Source: an uncultured virus (IMG/VR IMGVR_UViG_3300014720_004424) (taxonomy: Duplodnaviria; Heunggongvirae; Uroviricota; Caudoviricetes). From it: DNA of 64,000 nt. The stretch is taken from IMG/VR virus record IMGVR_UViG_3300014720_004424. One strand, written 5' to 3'. Below are positions 16,248 to 26,697 of the stretch, in pieces. Under the pieces are notes generated by a model. The model had not been told where the DNA came from and searched no databases. It saw only the letters and a list, made by a program, of their open reading frames with translations. Each line of letters starts with the position of its first letter. Within the stretch, counting starts at the first letter, position 1. The position numbers and the translations under genes are program-made.

Positions 16248-16909
16248 GCTTCTTGAATGACGCACTATCATCCTTTGACAGGATGGATAAAGAAAAAAGA
16301 CTTCTCTGTGCAGAAGTTTGGAACAGTGTCTCCGATGGCGTTCAGAGAAAAAAGCTGACCCAGAACGGCATAAGTGATCCGACTGAGCGTGATAGAATCA
16401 TAGATCAATTAAAAATTCGTCCTGCACTGCTGGTTCATGTCGCTGACTGCCTCATGCGAGATCTAGGGAGAATTTCTAGTTTTGCTGAGGTTGGAACAGC
16501 TCAGGGGCTACAATCAATTCTCTTCGCCAAGGCATTTCCAGATGCTTCAGTTTTTACTTGTGATGTAAAAGACGACAGGGATGAGTCCTTTAAGACTCAG
16601 AAAAATCTCTGGTTCGTAAACGGTGACTCAAAGCAGATGAGCAAAGTCCTCTCAGGAAAAGACAAAATTGATTTTTGTTGGATTGATGGTGCACATGATC
16701 ACTATTCAGTTGTGAACGACTTTGCTGCTCTGGTTCTAAGAACACACTCCGAGACTGTCTGGGCATTTGATGACTACGATAAGCGGTTTGGGTGTTTCTA
16801 CGACATAAACACGCTGGTCCAACATTTTAGAGAACATATTGTTGTGGAGCTAGGACTTACTGCCAGCGGAAACCCCAATAGAATTGTTCTTGCGAGAGGA
16901 TTTGAATGA
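16244..16909 (+). CDS. class I SAM-dependent methyltransferase (Methyltransf_24-like, sugar O-methylation candidate)
   Basis: AEVGTAQG, GDS, DFCWIDGAHDH, FDDY. Confidence 0.8.
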   Translation: MSFLNDALSSFDRMDKEKRLLCAEVWNSVSDGVQRKKLTQNGISDPTERDRIIDQLKIRPALLVHVADCLMRDLGRISSFAEVGTAQGLQSILFAKAFPDASVFTCDVKDDRDESFKTQKNLWFVNGDSKQMSKVLSGKDKIDFCWIDGAHDHYSVVNDFAALVLRTHSETVWAFDDYDKRFGCFYDINTLVQHFREHIVVELGLTASGNPNRIVLARGFE

Positions 16910-18150
16910 TGACTCTTGATATCAGTGACCTCCAGTTTGATTCTTTCACATACAATGCAAGGAGGGAGACTCTCACTTCAATTGATAAGTCAGAGAGTTA
17001 TCTACTAAAAGTTCAGATTAAAAAAAATCCTAGAAAGCTCAGAGATATTGACGGCGAATTTAATGTGATGCGTCGTCTAAATGATCTAGAGTGCGTCACA
17101 TGTCCTACTGTTTACGCACTAGGAAGTCTCACCAGAGAATATTTGACTTCAAGAGGCGTTGATGTACCTGTTGAAGATCAAGAGTTTAGGTACACTATAC
17201 AAGAGTACATCGACTCAGAGGATAGATACACACTTTCCGATATCATTTTCTCAATGATTGAGCAGAAAAAATTAGGTGTCTACCAGGGTGATATCAAGCC
17301 TGACAATGTGAGATTTAGCTCGTCCAAGGGTGTCTGCGTCCTTATCGATTATGATCAGTCTATTGATCTCACACAAGAACAGATGCACATGTCAAATAGA
17401 GACTTTTTAAGTTTCTGTGACGAAAATGATAGGGTGAGGTACGGATTTGGTGACTGGCTTCGACACTTTCCGAATTACAGTAAGGACACAACTGTGTCGC
17501 TATTTGAAGGTGACTCTTTAGACCTATCAAGAACTTCGATCTTTAAAATCCAGAAGACTACAAACACCTCAAGCGGTTTCTATCACACTGTGGAAACTTC
17601 TGACGTTTTCATACATGGTTCTAGAGGAATGAAGGAAAGAGCTGTAATCCTTGATAAGATTAATTTTGCAAGAGGTGAGAGAGTACTCGATGTGGGCTGC
17701 AATGCGGGTCTGCTGTGTGAGTATCTAAATGACAGAGGCTGTCAGTCTTTTGGTATTGATAATGATCCTTACATTGTTGTCGCCGCGAAGATGCTAGCAA
17801 ATATTGCAGGGAGAAAAATTGGGTACAAGAGCGTCGATTTGGACTTCGCAGAAAGTATAGATCAGTTCGACACTGTGATGCTCTTCTCTGTCTTTCATCA
17901 CACAAGAAACCCCGACCAGAATGCAAAGAAGATTGCAAATTCTTGTAGAAGAATTATCATTGAGACACGTCTCACAGAGAGCGGAAAGCAGCCTATAAAT
18001 GGTAATTGGATTGACACCACGAGGTGGTCATTTGAGAATTTAGGACAGCTTGTGAATTTTCTAGAGTCTATTTTCACAGGATTTAAGTACACGCAAAACA
18101 TTGGTGCCGCTGACAAGGGTCGATACGTGATAGAGCTCGTTAAGCAATGA
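16906..18150 (+). CDS. kinase-like domain fused to class I methyltransferase
   Basis: LLK, EFNVMRRL, QEYI, QGDIKPDNV, LIDYD (protein-kinase fold); RVLDVGCNAG, GIDND, FSVFHH (methyltransferase). Confidence 0.8.
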   Translation: MMTLDISDLQFDSFTYNARRETLTSIDKSESYLLKVQIKKNPRKLRDIDGEFNVMRRLNDLECVTCPTVYALGSLTREYLTSRGVDVPVEDQEFRYTIQEYIDSEDRYTLSDIIFSMIEQKKLGVYQGDIKPDNVRFSSSKGVCVLIDYDQSIDLTQEQMHMSNRDFLSFCDENDRVRYGFGDWLRHFPNYSKDTTVSLFEGDSLDLSRTSIFKIQKTTNTSSGFYHTVETSDVFIHGSRGMKERAVILDKINFARGERVLDVGCNAGLLCEYLNDRGCQSFGIDNDPYIVVAAKMLANIAGRKIGYKSVDLDFAESIDQFDTVMLFSVFHHTRNPDQNAKKIANSCRRIIIETRLTESGKQPINGNWIDTTRWSFENLGQLVNFLESIFTGFKYTQNIGAADKGRYVIELVKQ

Positions 18151-18758
18151 GAGATATCGCAATAAAAAATGTAGTTTCTTTTTTGTCTTCTAGAGGAGTG
18201 TCTCTAAGCGACATGACCGCGCTAGACTTTTTTGCCAGAGAGGGTGACTGGCAGACCGCTTACTACGCACCGCTTGTAAAGCAGATCCACGCATGGGAAA
18301 TAAATCCACTGTTTGAGGAAAACTTAAGAAAGAACCTACCACAAAGTGCCAAGATTGTCATAGGTGACTCTCACAAGATGTCCATGGAGACAAATGAGAG
18401 ATTTGATCTAATAGTGCTAGACAACCCACTCGGATGCTATGGTGAAAAATATTGCGAGCACTTTGATGCAATTGATTGTGCCACTACTATATTAAAAGAT
18501 TTTGGCGTAATTGTCCTCAATGTAAAGACACAGCCGTATAATTTTGAAGCATTTCCTGACTGGAAAAAGAGAAGAGATCAATTTTATCAAATTGACTCAT
18601 CCTCCATTCAAATCGAATTCATAGACCAATTCTATAGAAAAAAGTTTAGAAGCCTTGGATTCGAAGTCGAGTTCTCTCACCTGACAAGAAGACCCCAGGA
18701 GGAACACTTATACGAGTATGTAGCAGGTCTCAGAAGGTGTAGCCTTGAAGATCATTGA
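18147..18758 (+). CDS. putative class I methyltransferase
   Basis: ALDFFAREG, AWEIN, IGDS, FDLIVLDNP. Confidence 0.65.
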   Translation: MRDIAIKNVVSFLSSRGVSLSDMTALDFFAREGDWQTAYYAPLVKQIHAWEINPLFEENLRKNLPQSAKIVIGDSHKMSMETNERFDLIVLDNPLGCYGEKYCEHFDAIDCATTILKDFGVIVLNVKTQPYNFEAFPDWKKRRDQFYQIDSSSIQIEFIDQFYRKKFRSLGFEVEFSHLTRRPQEEHLYEYVAGLRRCSLEDH

Positions 18759-19872
18759 AAATATTGTGTCTCGTGAAATCCCTGCTACAAGATCGGCTGC
18801 AATGTATTACAAGACAGAGCCTTTCTTTACAGATATCAGCAGATATTCACACACAAATAACTGGGAAATTATTAAGTCAATTGAGATTCTCACCTCACGT
18901 GGATTTTCTGTCGATCTTATTGATAGGGACAATAGCAGCTGGACTCCTAAAAAAAAGTACGATCTTTTTTTAGGGCTTGGAGTGGGAAATAGCGGTAAAA
19001 ATTTTGCCAGATATGCAAAAGCTTCAGGGGCAAAAATTAAGGTTCTTCTATCAATGGGTCCGCAACCAGATATCTCTAACGATCTTGTCATCGAGAGATA
19101 CAAGATGTTTCATCAGAGAACAGGAAAATACGCGCCGCCCATGAGAACTGTGACCGATGTTATAGGCGACAAGTTCATTGAAATAATGTCACAGACCGAT
19201 TTCATTTTAAACATTGGTGAACCAAACAATCAGAGCTTTAAGAGCTATGAAAAGTACGGTAAGAAAGTTTTAAGCTTCTATCCTGCAATAAGCCCAAGAG
19301 TAAGCTTCTCTGAAATGTGGAGAGAATCAAGAAATCGCTCAAAGTTTCTATGCTTTGCAGGCAATGGGCTAATATGCAAGGGCGTTGATCTTGTAACAGA
19401 GGCATTTTTGTCTCTTGACGACAAGGAGCTTCACATATGTGGGCCGTCTGAGTCATCATTTTTTGAGCACTACGGCTCAAAAATATCTTGTTCTAATAGT
19501 GTCAAATACCATGGATTTATTGAGCCAGGTGGAGAGGAATTTAATAGGCTATCCGGCGAGTGTGCCTATGTCATATTTCACTCCTCAGCTGAAGGCTGTT
19601 GCACTTCAGTTGCCACAGCAATGAAAGCAGGTCTTGTTCCAATTATAAATCCGTGGACAGGTATTAATGTAGAAAACTGCGGAATTTCAATGTCAGAGTC
19701 GGGTGATATTGTTGAAACTATTAAAAGTGCAGTGATTGCAGCATCATCGATGTCTGACGATCAATACAATCATCACCTTCTTGCTACACTAGAAAAGTCA
19801 AGACTCTTTTCACAGGAGTCATATGTTGAAAGCTACACTAAGTCAATAGACGAGATAATTGAGACGCTTTGA
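18745..19872 (+). CDS. glycosyltransferase family 4
   Basis: KGVDLV.EAF, LHICGP, YHGFI, SSAEGCCTSVATAMKAGLVPI. Confidence 0.85.
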   Translation: MKIIENIVSREIPATRSAAMYYKTEPFFTDISRYSHTNNWEIIKSIEILTSRGFSVDLIDRDNSSWTPKKKYDLFLGLGVGNSGKNFARYAKASGAKIKVLLSMGPQPDISNDLVIERYKMFHQRTGKYAPPMRTVTDVIGDKFIEIMSQTDFILNIGEPNNQSFKSYEKYGKKVLSFYPAISPRVSFSEMWRESRNRSKFLCFAGNGLICKGVDLVTEAFLSLDDKELHICGPSESSFFEHYGSKISCSNSVKYHGFIEPGGEEFNRLSGECAYVIFHSSAEGCCTSVATAMKAGLVPIINPWTGINVENCGISMSESGDIVETIKSAVIAASSMSDDQYNHHLLATLEKSRLFSQESYVESYTKSIDEIIETL

Positions 19873-20843
19873 TGAGGGTCAATTTTTTTACAACACAGCC
19901 TAAGGCTGCTGCATCAATGTTCTACGCTGATGCTCTTAAAAAATTGAGCTGTGTCTCTCTTTATGATAGAAATATTGCAGGATACGATGTCATTTTAGTC
20001 ATGACTTATGACCATGAGATCATTCCTGAAATAAAGAGAATTAGACCTGATGTCAAAATTGGACTTATTGATCCAAGAAGTCATAAAGTGGCTCAAAATG
20101 CTTTATTGTGTGACTTTCTGATAGTGGACTCTGTGGAGATGCAGGACTATTGGTCTTTGTGCAGAAAGCCTATCTTTAGGTACGTAGAATATCCTGATAT
20201 TCCTATGTTAAAAAAGACACACGCAGACAAAGATACAATTATTGTAGGGTATCATGGAAACATGATACATCTTGACTGTATGCAGGATTCTGTAACGCCT
20301 GCTTTAATATCACTTTCTAAAAAATACAGCATAGAGCTACTTGTCATGACAGGAGGCTCTTCTCTAGACCAGACATCAAAGTGGGTCCCTTCAGGAGTCA
20401 AAATTACACACATTCCGTGGAGCATGGAAAACTACACCGATCATCTCTCTAAATGTGATATAGGAATTGTTCCTAACAATATCATTCACAGCACCGAACA
20501 CAAGAGAGAGACTTCTCTTGAAAGAAGTTACAATTACAGCCTTGATGATTTTTCTTTAAGGTTTAAGATGCCTTCAAATCCGGGTAGATTTGTTGTCTTT
20601 GGAAAATTAGGAATTCCTGTTGTCGCCGATTTTTATCCCTCAGCACTTCAGTATCTTAGAGAAGACACAAAAACTGGATTTGTTGCATGCAACCCCTCCG
20701 GATGGGAGCGTTGCCTAGAGCTTCTGATTGTATCATCATCGCTTAGACAAGAGATGGGAGATGGTCTACAGTCGCTTGTTGAAAGCAACTTTAACTTTTA
20801 CAGTCAAAACCAAAAGCTATTAGAATTCTTAAAGAGCCTCTGA
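19869..20843 (+). CDS. putative glycosyltransferase (GT-B)
   Basis: VGYHGN, CDIGIVPN, KMPSNPGR..LGIPVVAD, TGFVA..WERCLELL. Confidence 0.7.
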   Translation: MMRVNFFTTQPKAAASMFYADALKKLSCVSLYDRNIAGYDVILVMTYDHEIIPEIKRIRPDVKIGLIDPRSHKVAQNALLCDFLIVDSVEMQDYWSLCRKPIFRYVEYPDIPMLKKTHADKDTIIVGYHGNMIHLDCMQDSVTPALISLSKKYSIELLVMTGGSSLDQTSKWVPSGVKITHIPWSMENYTDHLSKCDIGIVPNNIIHSTEHKRETSLERSYNYSLDDFSLRFKMPSNPGRFVVFGKLGIPVVADFYPSALQYLREDTKTGFVACNPSGWERCLELLIVSSSLRQEMGDGLQSLVESNFNFYSQNQKLLEFLKSL

Positions 20844-20853
20844 AAGGATTGAC

Positions 20854-21693
20854 ATGTCCACTGTATTAGTAACAGGAATTGCTGGATTTTTAGGAAAGAG
20901 CCTCGCTGAGACTCTAATTTCAAGAGGATTTAGTGTTGTTGGGACAGCTCATTCAGAGCTAAGTGTGAGAGACTTTGAGATAGGTGTAGGTGGATCTGAA
21001 AATATTCCACTCTATTCTCTTGATGTAGCAGACTGTCAATTTGCAATAAAGAGAATTTTAAGGTCTCACAGCGTTGACTATGTCGTACATTCTGCTGCTT
21101 TAAAGCACGTAGGAATTTGTGAAAAAAATCCAACTCGTGCCGTTGATGTAAATGTGACTGGATCTAGACAGATTATTTCCGCATGCCTGGATTCAGGTGT
21201 GAAGAATGTAATAGGGATAAGCACAGACAAGTCAATAAATCCGTCATGCGTCTATGGAATGACAAAAAAATTGATGGAGGACATGCTTCTTGAGAATAAC
21301 TACTCAGTCTTTCAGGGAGTCAATTTCCTGTTTTCCACAGGAAGCGTTCTTGACATATGGGACAAGCTGAGAAAGGAAAACAAGGAAATACTTGTAAATG
21401 CAAGTGCAAGAAGATATTTCTGCACTGTGGATGACGTCTCGAATAAGATTGTTGACTCCTTAGACGCAAGAGGCAAGTTTACTGTAGATAAGTGTTATTT
21501 AGTGAGCATTCAAGATCTTCAAAATGCATTTTCAAAGTATCACAACTATTGGAATGTCAATAGCTACAAACCTCTAAATGTTGAGAAGAATGATGAAGAT
21601 CTTCCTCTTGGAAACATTGAGGTCGAGCATCCCTCTGTTGATTTTATTCTTCACCTACTTGAGCAACACTACAAGAAGAGGAATGTAAAGTGA
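20854..21693 (+). CDS. nucleotide-sugar dehydratase/epimerase, CapD/PseB-like SDR
   Basis: VTGIAGFLG, HSAALKHV..CEKNP, ISTDKSINP, YGMTK. Confidence 0.8.
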   Translation: MSTVLVTGIAGFLGKSLAETLISRGFSVVGTAHSELSVRDFEIGVGGSENIPLYSLDVADCQFAIKRILRSHSVDYVVHSAALKHVGICEKNPTRAVDVNVTGSRQIISACLDSGVKNVIGISTDKSINPSCVYGMTKKLMEDMLLENNYSVFQGVNFLFSTGSVLDIWDKLRKENKEILVNASARRYFCTVDDVSNKIVDSLDARGKFTVDKCYLVSIQDLQNAFSKYHNYWNVNSYKPLNVEKNDEDLPLGNIEVEHPSVDFILHLLEQHYKKRNVK

Positions 21694-22319
21694 GAGTTCT
21701 TGCCATAGGAGCTCATGCTGACGATATAGAGCTGGGTCTAGGCGGTACAATTTCTCGCTACACTTCCGAGGGACACTCTGTTTTCTCTCTCCTTGTTACA
21801 CACAGCGAGTACAGTGATTTTAACGGAAGACTGCTTAGGAGTCGAGAGACTGCAATGCAAGAAGCACTAGATGCTGCAAAAATTTTAGGAGTCACAGAGA
21901 TAGAGTGCTTGGACTATGAGACAAAAAAGGTCACCTACACAGTTGACCTAATTGAGGACATAAACAGACAAATTAGTAGAATTAAGCCTGATGTCATTTA
22001 CACACACTGGGATGGTGACATAAATCAGGACCACAGTGCAATATCACAAGCAACAATTGTTGCAGGTAGAAATTCTCCTAGAATTCTCATGTATAGAAGC
22101 AACTGGTATAAGTCATACAAGCACTTTGAGAACAGTATTTATGTTGACATCACAGACCACATGGATAGAAAGATAAAGTCTGTGGAGGCCCACGTGTCTG
22201 AGGTCTCACGTCGTGGGTCTGGCTGGGTTGAGTTTTTTAAGAGTCACTGCTTGATAAACGGCCAAGAGGTGGGAGTTCGATATGCTGAGTCATTCCAGCC
22301 CGTGAAGTGGCTTATATGA
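21690..22319 (+). CDS. PIG-L/LmbE-family N-acetyl sugar deacetylase
   Basis: GAHADDIELGLGG, R..EA..AAKILG, PDVIYTH..D..QDH, YAESF. Confidence 0.88.
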   Translation: MRVLAIGAHADDIELGLGGTISRYTSEGHSVFSLLVTHSEYSDFNGRLLRSRETAMQEALDAAKILGVTEIECLDYETKKVTYTVDLIEDINRQISRIKPDVIYTHWDGDINQDHSAISQATIVAGRNSPRILMYRSNWYKSYKHFENSIYVDITDHMDRKIKSVEAHVSEVSRRGSGWVEFFKSHCLINGQEVGVRYAESFQPVKWLI

Positions 22320-22900
22320 GAGTGACAATTCACCAGCCCGAACACTTCCCATACATGGGTTTCTTTCAGAAAATTTCTGCATCTGATCATTTTGTTGTTC
22401 TAGATAATGTAAAGTTTAGGAAGAATTACTTTCAAAATAGAAACAAGATCAAAAATAGATCGGGACAAGATGAGTGGATAACGGTTCCAGTTGAAGGCGG
22501 AGCGGATTCAAAGCTAATAAAAGACGTATATGCTGCAAAGGATCCTACTTGGCGTAGAAAAGTAATAAAAAAGATCCAGGAAAACCTAGGATTTGATGCG
22601 ACAGAAATATACTCGAGCGATCGCTTAGTAGACATAAACATGAGCTCAATTAGATGGGTAATGAGTCGGCTAGGGTTAGAAAAGAGCGTTACATTTGCAA
22701 GCGACCTAAAAGCTCAGGGATCAAAGTCCGATCTTCTCGCTAATATTGTGAGAGAGGTCGGCGGAACAACGTATGTGAGCGGCCCCTCGGGCAGAGACTA
22801 CTTGAATATTAGTGACTTTCATGGCATCACAGTAGAATTTTTTGACCCTAAAGTGGAGAATCACTACTCAAGCCTCTACAATTTATTGATAAGCTCATGA
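22316..22900 (+). CDS. WbqC-family protein
   Basis: IHQPEHFPYMGFFQKI, LDNVKF, QNRNKI, YVSGPSGRDYL. Confidence 0.88.
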   Translation: MRVTIHQPEHFPYMGFFQKISASDHFVVLDNVKFRKNYFQNRNKIKNRSGQDEWITVPVEGGADSKLIKDVYAAKDPTWRRKVIKKIQENLGFDATEIYSSDRLVDINMSSIRWVMSRLGLEKSVTFASDLKAQGSKSDLLANIVREVGGTTYVSGPSGRDYLNISDFHGITVEFFDPKVENHYSSLYNLLISS

Positions 22901-23877
22901 CACAAAAGTCACTAGTCACAGGAGGTTCAGGAATGCTTGGCTCAGCACTTGTGAGTCACCTATCTGGGTCAGGCATTGATGTCATTTTTCCCACAAGAGA
23001 TAAGCTAAACCTGTCTCATATGTCTGATGTTGAGAAGTTCATTGGAAGGTATTGTTTTACAGACAGCGAAGGTGAGAGAACTTCGCTGGACACTGTGTAT
23101 CACCTTGCTGCTTATGTCGGAGGAGTAAAGGCAAACTCTGAGAGAATTGCAACATTTTACTCGAACAATATTCAGATAGGCGCAAATCTTCTTGACGCGT
23201 GTGCCAGACAAAATGTTCGAAAAGTCATCTCAGTTCTCTCAACTTGCGTCTATCCAGACACAAATTTTATTACCCTTCCACTAACAGAGGACCAGCTTCA
23301 TCTAGGCCCTCCTCACAGCAGTAATTTTGGATACGCATATGCAAAAAGAATGTTGGATGTTCACACACGAGCGCTGAGAAGACAATTTTCTCTTGAGTAT
23401 GTGACTGCGATTCCCAACAATCTTTTTGGCAAAAATGATAACTTTCATTTAAACGATGGACATGTTATACCCGCTTTAATTAGAAAGGTGTGGGAGGCAA
23501 AAATCACTGGCGCGCCTTTCATCACTGTCTGGGGAGACGGATCTCCTCTAAGAGAGTTTACTTACGCTCCGGACGCTGCAAAAATTCTAAAAATTATTGC
23601 AGATGAGTACGACGATGATCTTCCAATCAATATTGGGTGCACTGAGGAGAGGTCAATCAAAGAGGTCACGGAGACACTCTGTGACACTCTGGGATACACA
23701 GGAGACATTGCCTATGACACATCAAGGCCAGCAGGACAACATCGGAAACCGTCTTCTAATAGCCGACTTCTTCGACTCACTTCGTGGAAAGAGTCTGACT
23801 ACACGCCATTCAGTCAAGCAATCAGTGAAACATGTGAGTGGTTTAAGCTACACTATCCCAACATTAGAGGTGTATAG
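22897..23877 (+). CDS. fcl: GDP-L-fucose synthase
   Basis: [57 protein letters not shown]. Confidence 0.92.
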   Translation: MTQKSLVTGGSGMLGSALVSHLSGSGIDVIFPTRDKLNLSHMSDVEKFIGRYCFTDSEGERTSLDTVYHLAAYVGGVKANSERIATFYSNNIQIGANLLDACARQNVRKVISVLSTCVYPDTNFITLPLTEDQLHLGPPHSSNFGYAYAKRMLDVHTRALRRQFSLEYVTAIPNNLFGKNDNFHLNDGHVIPALIRKVWEAKITGAPFITVWGDGSPLREFTYAPDAAKILKIIADEYDDDLPINIGCTEERSIKEVTETLCDTLGYTGDIAYDTSRPAGQHRKPSSNSRLLRLTSWKESDYTPFSQAISETCEWFKLHYPNIRGV

Positions 23878-24848
23878 TGAGAAAGATTGCACTAGTGACT
23901 GGTGTGACCGGTCAAGATGGATCTTATTTAACTAAGCTCCTTCTTGAAAGAGGCTATCGAGTTGTAGGTGTCAAGCGTCGTACATCACTAATCAATACTG
24001 ACAGAGTGGATGCTCATTTTGAGCATCCGCAGTTTGAGCTGCATTATGGCAATCTCCATGATGGAACATCACTCTTTCGTCTCATTCATGATATAAGTCC
24101 AGATGAGGTCTACAACCTAGGCGCTCAGTCTCACGTTCGAGTCTCATTTGAGGTCCCAGAGGAGACCGTTGACACTGTGTCGTTAGGCACCCTGCGCCTC
24201 CTCGAGGCGTGTCGTCTCCTAAAGCCTGATATCAAGTTCTACCAGGCCTCTTCCTCGGAGATGTACGGAGACAACCCTGAGACTCCTCAACGTGAGGACA
24301 CACGCATGACACCAGCATCTCCGTACGCCTGCGCGAAGCTATTTTCACACAATCTCGTACGAAACTATCGCGTGGGTTACGACATGCACGCCTCCTCGGG
24401 TATCCTCTTCAACCATGAGTCACCACTGCGTGGTGAGACATTCGTCACGCGCAAGATCACGATGGCTGCCGCGAACATTAAGCTAGGTCGACAAAAGGTG
24501 CTTGAGCTCGGTAATTTGGATGCTAAGCGGGACTGGGGCTTTGCAGGAGACTATGTCGAGGCGATGTGGCTCATGCTCCAGCAGGATCAGCCTGATGACT
24601 ACGTGGTCGCTACTGGTGAGTCACACACAGTCAAGGAGTTCTTGCACAAGACTTTTGAGATTGCCGGGCTCAGTGTTGAGGATCACTTGAGGATTAATCC
24701 ACGTCTCTATCGACCCCATGAGGTTCCGCATCTGCTCGGTGACGCCAGCAAGGCTCGAGAGAAGCTGGGCTGGAAGCCTAGAGTGAATTTTGAGAAGCTT
24801 GTCGAGATGATGTACAAAGCAGACTTTGACACCGCACGCAAGCTTTGA
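23877..24848 (+). CDS. gmd: GDP-mannose 4,6-dehydratase
   Basis: [73 protein letters not shown]. Confidence 0.96.
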   Translation: MRKIALVTGVTGQDGSYLTKLLLERGYRVVGVKRRTSLINTDRVDAHFEHPQFELHYGNLHDGTSLFRLIHDISPDEVYNLGAQSHVRVSFEVPEETVDTVSLGTLRLLEACRLLKPDIKFYQASSSEMYGDNPETPQREDTRMTPASPYACAKLFSHNLVRNYRVGYDMHASSGILFNHESPLRGETFVTRKITMAAANIKLGRQKVLELGNLDAKRDWGFAGDYVEAMWLMLQQDQPDDYVVATGESHTVKEFLHKTFEIAGLSVEDHLRINPRLYRPHEVPHLLGDASKAREKLGWKPRVNFEKLVEMMYKADFDTARKL

Positions 24849-24858
24849 GGGTATTCGC

Positions 24859-25779
24859 ATGACATCAATAGCAGTCATTGGGCAAGGATTCGTAGGCGGC
24901 TCTCTCACCACGGTCTTTTCTGAGCGAGGACTAGAAGTCTTCGTGTTTGATAAGGTTGGGAAGGTTGCACCCGGTGGAAATCTTGGGTATTACTTCGGAC
25001 GTCCGGTGCAGAGTATTAGAGAGCTTGTGCAGGCATGCGAAAGTAAGACAGACTTTTCGAAAGTCTATTTCGTCTGTCTTCCTACTCCCATGTATGAAGA
25101 TGGATCTGCTGACACTTCGATTGTTGAGGGCGCCCTAAGAGAGCTAGCTGAAGTTCCTGGTGAGAGAATTGCAGTTGTCAAGTCAACGGTACCACCAGGA
25201 TCAACACAGCGCTGGAATGAAATGTTCGATGGAAGTCTCCATGTGGTTTTCAATCCTGAGTTCCTGACTGAGGCAAATGCTCTCAATGACATGAGAAGTC
25301 AGAATAGAATCGTTCTCGGAGGCCCTCGTCCCTGGATTAATCAGGTGAAACAGATCTTTCAGACTGCATTCCCACAGGTTCCAATCGTAAAGACTTCTTC
25401 GACCACCGCGGAGATGGTAAAGTACCTCACCAATAACTTCCTCACTGTCAAGGTCGCTTTCGCAAATGAAATCGCTCAGGTCTGCGAGGCCCTGGATAAG
25501 TCCGGACTCGACGTCGACTACGACAAAGTTGTTGAATACGCCAAGTATGACAAGCGCCTGGGAGACAGCCACTGGTCCGTACCAGGCCCTGATGGCAATC
25601 GTGGCTACGGTGGACATTGTTTTCCAAAAGACATTAACGCGATGATAAATGTAGCCAAGGGTGTGGGTGTAGATCCCACAGTGCTTCAGGCTGCCTGGGA
25701 TAAGAACCTCGAGGTGAGGTCTGACAGAGATTGGGAGCGCCAAGAGGGAAGAGCGGTCAGTAAAAGGAGAAAGACATGA
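24859..25779 (+). CDS. UDP-glucose/GDP-mannose dehydrogenase family protein lacking the C-terminal domain
   Basis: IGQGFVG, VCLPTP, KSTVPPG, FNPEFL, AEMVKY..N.FL..KVAFANE, GYGGHCFPKD. Confidence 0.88.
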   Translation: MTSIAVIGQGFVGGSLTTVFSERGLEVFVFDKVGKVAPGGNLGYYFGRPVQSIRELVQACESKTDFSKVYFVCLPTPMYEDGSADTSIVEGALRELAEVPGERIAVVKSTVPPGSTQRWNEMFDGSLHVVFNPEFLTEANALNDMRSQNRIVLGGPRPWINQVKQIFQTAFPQVPIVKTSSTTAEMVKYLTNNFLTVKVAFANEIAQVCEALDKSGLDVDYDKVVEYAKYDKRLGDSHWSVPGPDGNRGYGGHCFPKDINAMINVAKGVGVDPTVLQAAWDKNLEVRSDRDWERQEGRAVSKRRKT

Positions 25780-26660
25780 GTAGAGTATTGGTGACAGGCG
25801 GTTTAGGATTTGTAGGATCACACCTAGTTGAGACCCTTCTTGCTAATCCTAAAAATCAAATAACTGTGATGGACAGTCTTGTCTCTGACAGCTCATCAAG
25901 ATCTAATATGAGACCTGGCGTAAGATATTGGGTAGATGATATTAGAAACATAAATTTGTCAAAATACACAACTGAAAAGTTTGACACAGTTTATCACCTT
26001 GCAGCTCTTGCAAGAATACAGCCTAGCTTTGAGGATCCTCTCACCTACCTTTCGATTGATATGATGGGGACTGCTCATGTTCTAGAGTTTGCTCGAAACT
26101 GCGGTGCTAATGTTGTGTACGCAGGAAGCAGCTCAGCTTATGCTGGACCAATGCTCAATCCTTATGCGTACGCAAAGTACACAGGTGAGCAGATTTGCGA
26201 GATGTACTCAAAGGTCTACGGAATGAGCACTGTAACTGCTAGGTTTTTTAATGTCTATGGTCCAAGACAGCCCACAGTGGGCGCATATGCGACTGTAGTT
26301 GGTATTTTTGAGGAGCAGCGAAAAAAGTGTGTTCCTCTGACTGTAACAGGAGATGGAGAGCAGAGACGCGATTTCACACACGTTTTAGACATTGCTAGCG
26401 GTCTAATTTCCCTGTCAACAGGAAAGTGGTCGGGTGAAGTTTTTAATCTTGGAACAGGCAAGAATTACTCCATAAATGAGCTTGCTAAACTGTTCAATCC
26501 TTCTTCAATTTCGTATATTTCACCCCGTCCTGGTGAGGCAAGAACAACACTTGCAGATATAAGTGAAACAGTAAATAAGTGTGGATGGGCGCCAAAATTT
26601 TCTCTTGAGTCATATGTCGAAGAGTTTCTTGTGCACGGTGAGAGACTAGGGCTATATTGA
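25776..26660 (+). CDS. NAD-dependent epimerase/dehydratase (extended SDR)
   Basis: VTGGLGFVGSHL, HLAALARI, YAYAK, RFFNVYGPRQ, GDGEQRRDFTHV. Confidence 0.9.
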   Translation: MSRVLVTGGLGFVGSHLVETLLANPKNQITVMDSLVSDSSSRSNMRPGVRYWVDDIRNINLSKYTTEKFDTVYHLAALARIQPSFEDPLTYLSIDMMGTAHVLEFARNCGANVVYAGSSSAYAGPMLNPYAYAKYTGEQICEMYSKVYGMSTVTARFFNVYGPRQPTVGAYATVVGIFEEQRKKCVPLTVTGDGEQRRDFTHVLDIASGLISLSTGKWSGEVFNLGTGKNYSINELAKLFNPSSISYISPRPGEARTTLADISETVNKCGWAPKFSLESYVEEFLVHGERLGLY

Positions 26661-26662
26661 TT

Positions 26663-26691
26663 TTGAAGATTTAAGCCGATGGTGCTATAAT
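26663..26691 (+). promoter_or_regulatory. sigma-70-type promoter TTGAAG-N17-TATAAT with extended -10 TG
   Basis: -35 at 26663-26668, TG at 26683-26684, -10 at 26686-26691; expected start site coincides with ATG 26698. Confidence 0.7.
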
Positions 26692-26697
26692 TTTCGT

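Noticed and set aside
25201..25821. 206-aa minus-strand ORF
   Set aside because: Antisense shadow of the GC3-rich dehydrogenase gene; no motifs
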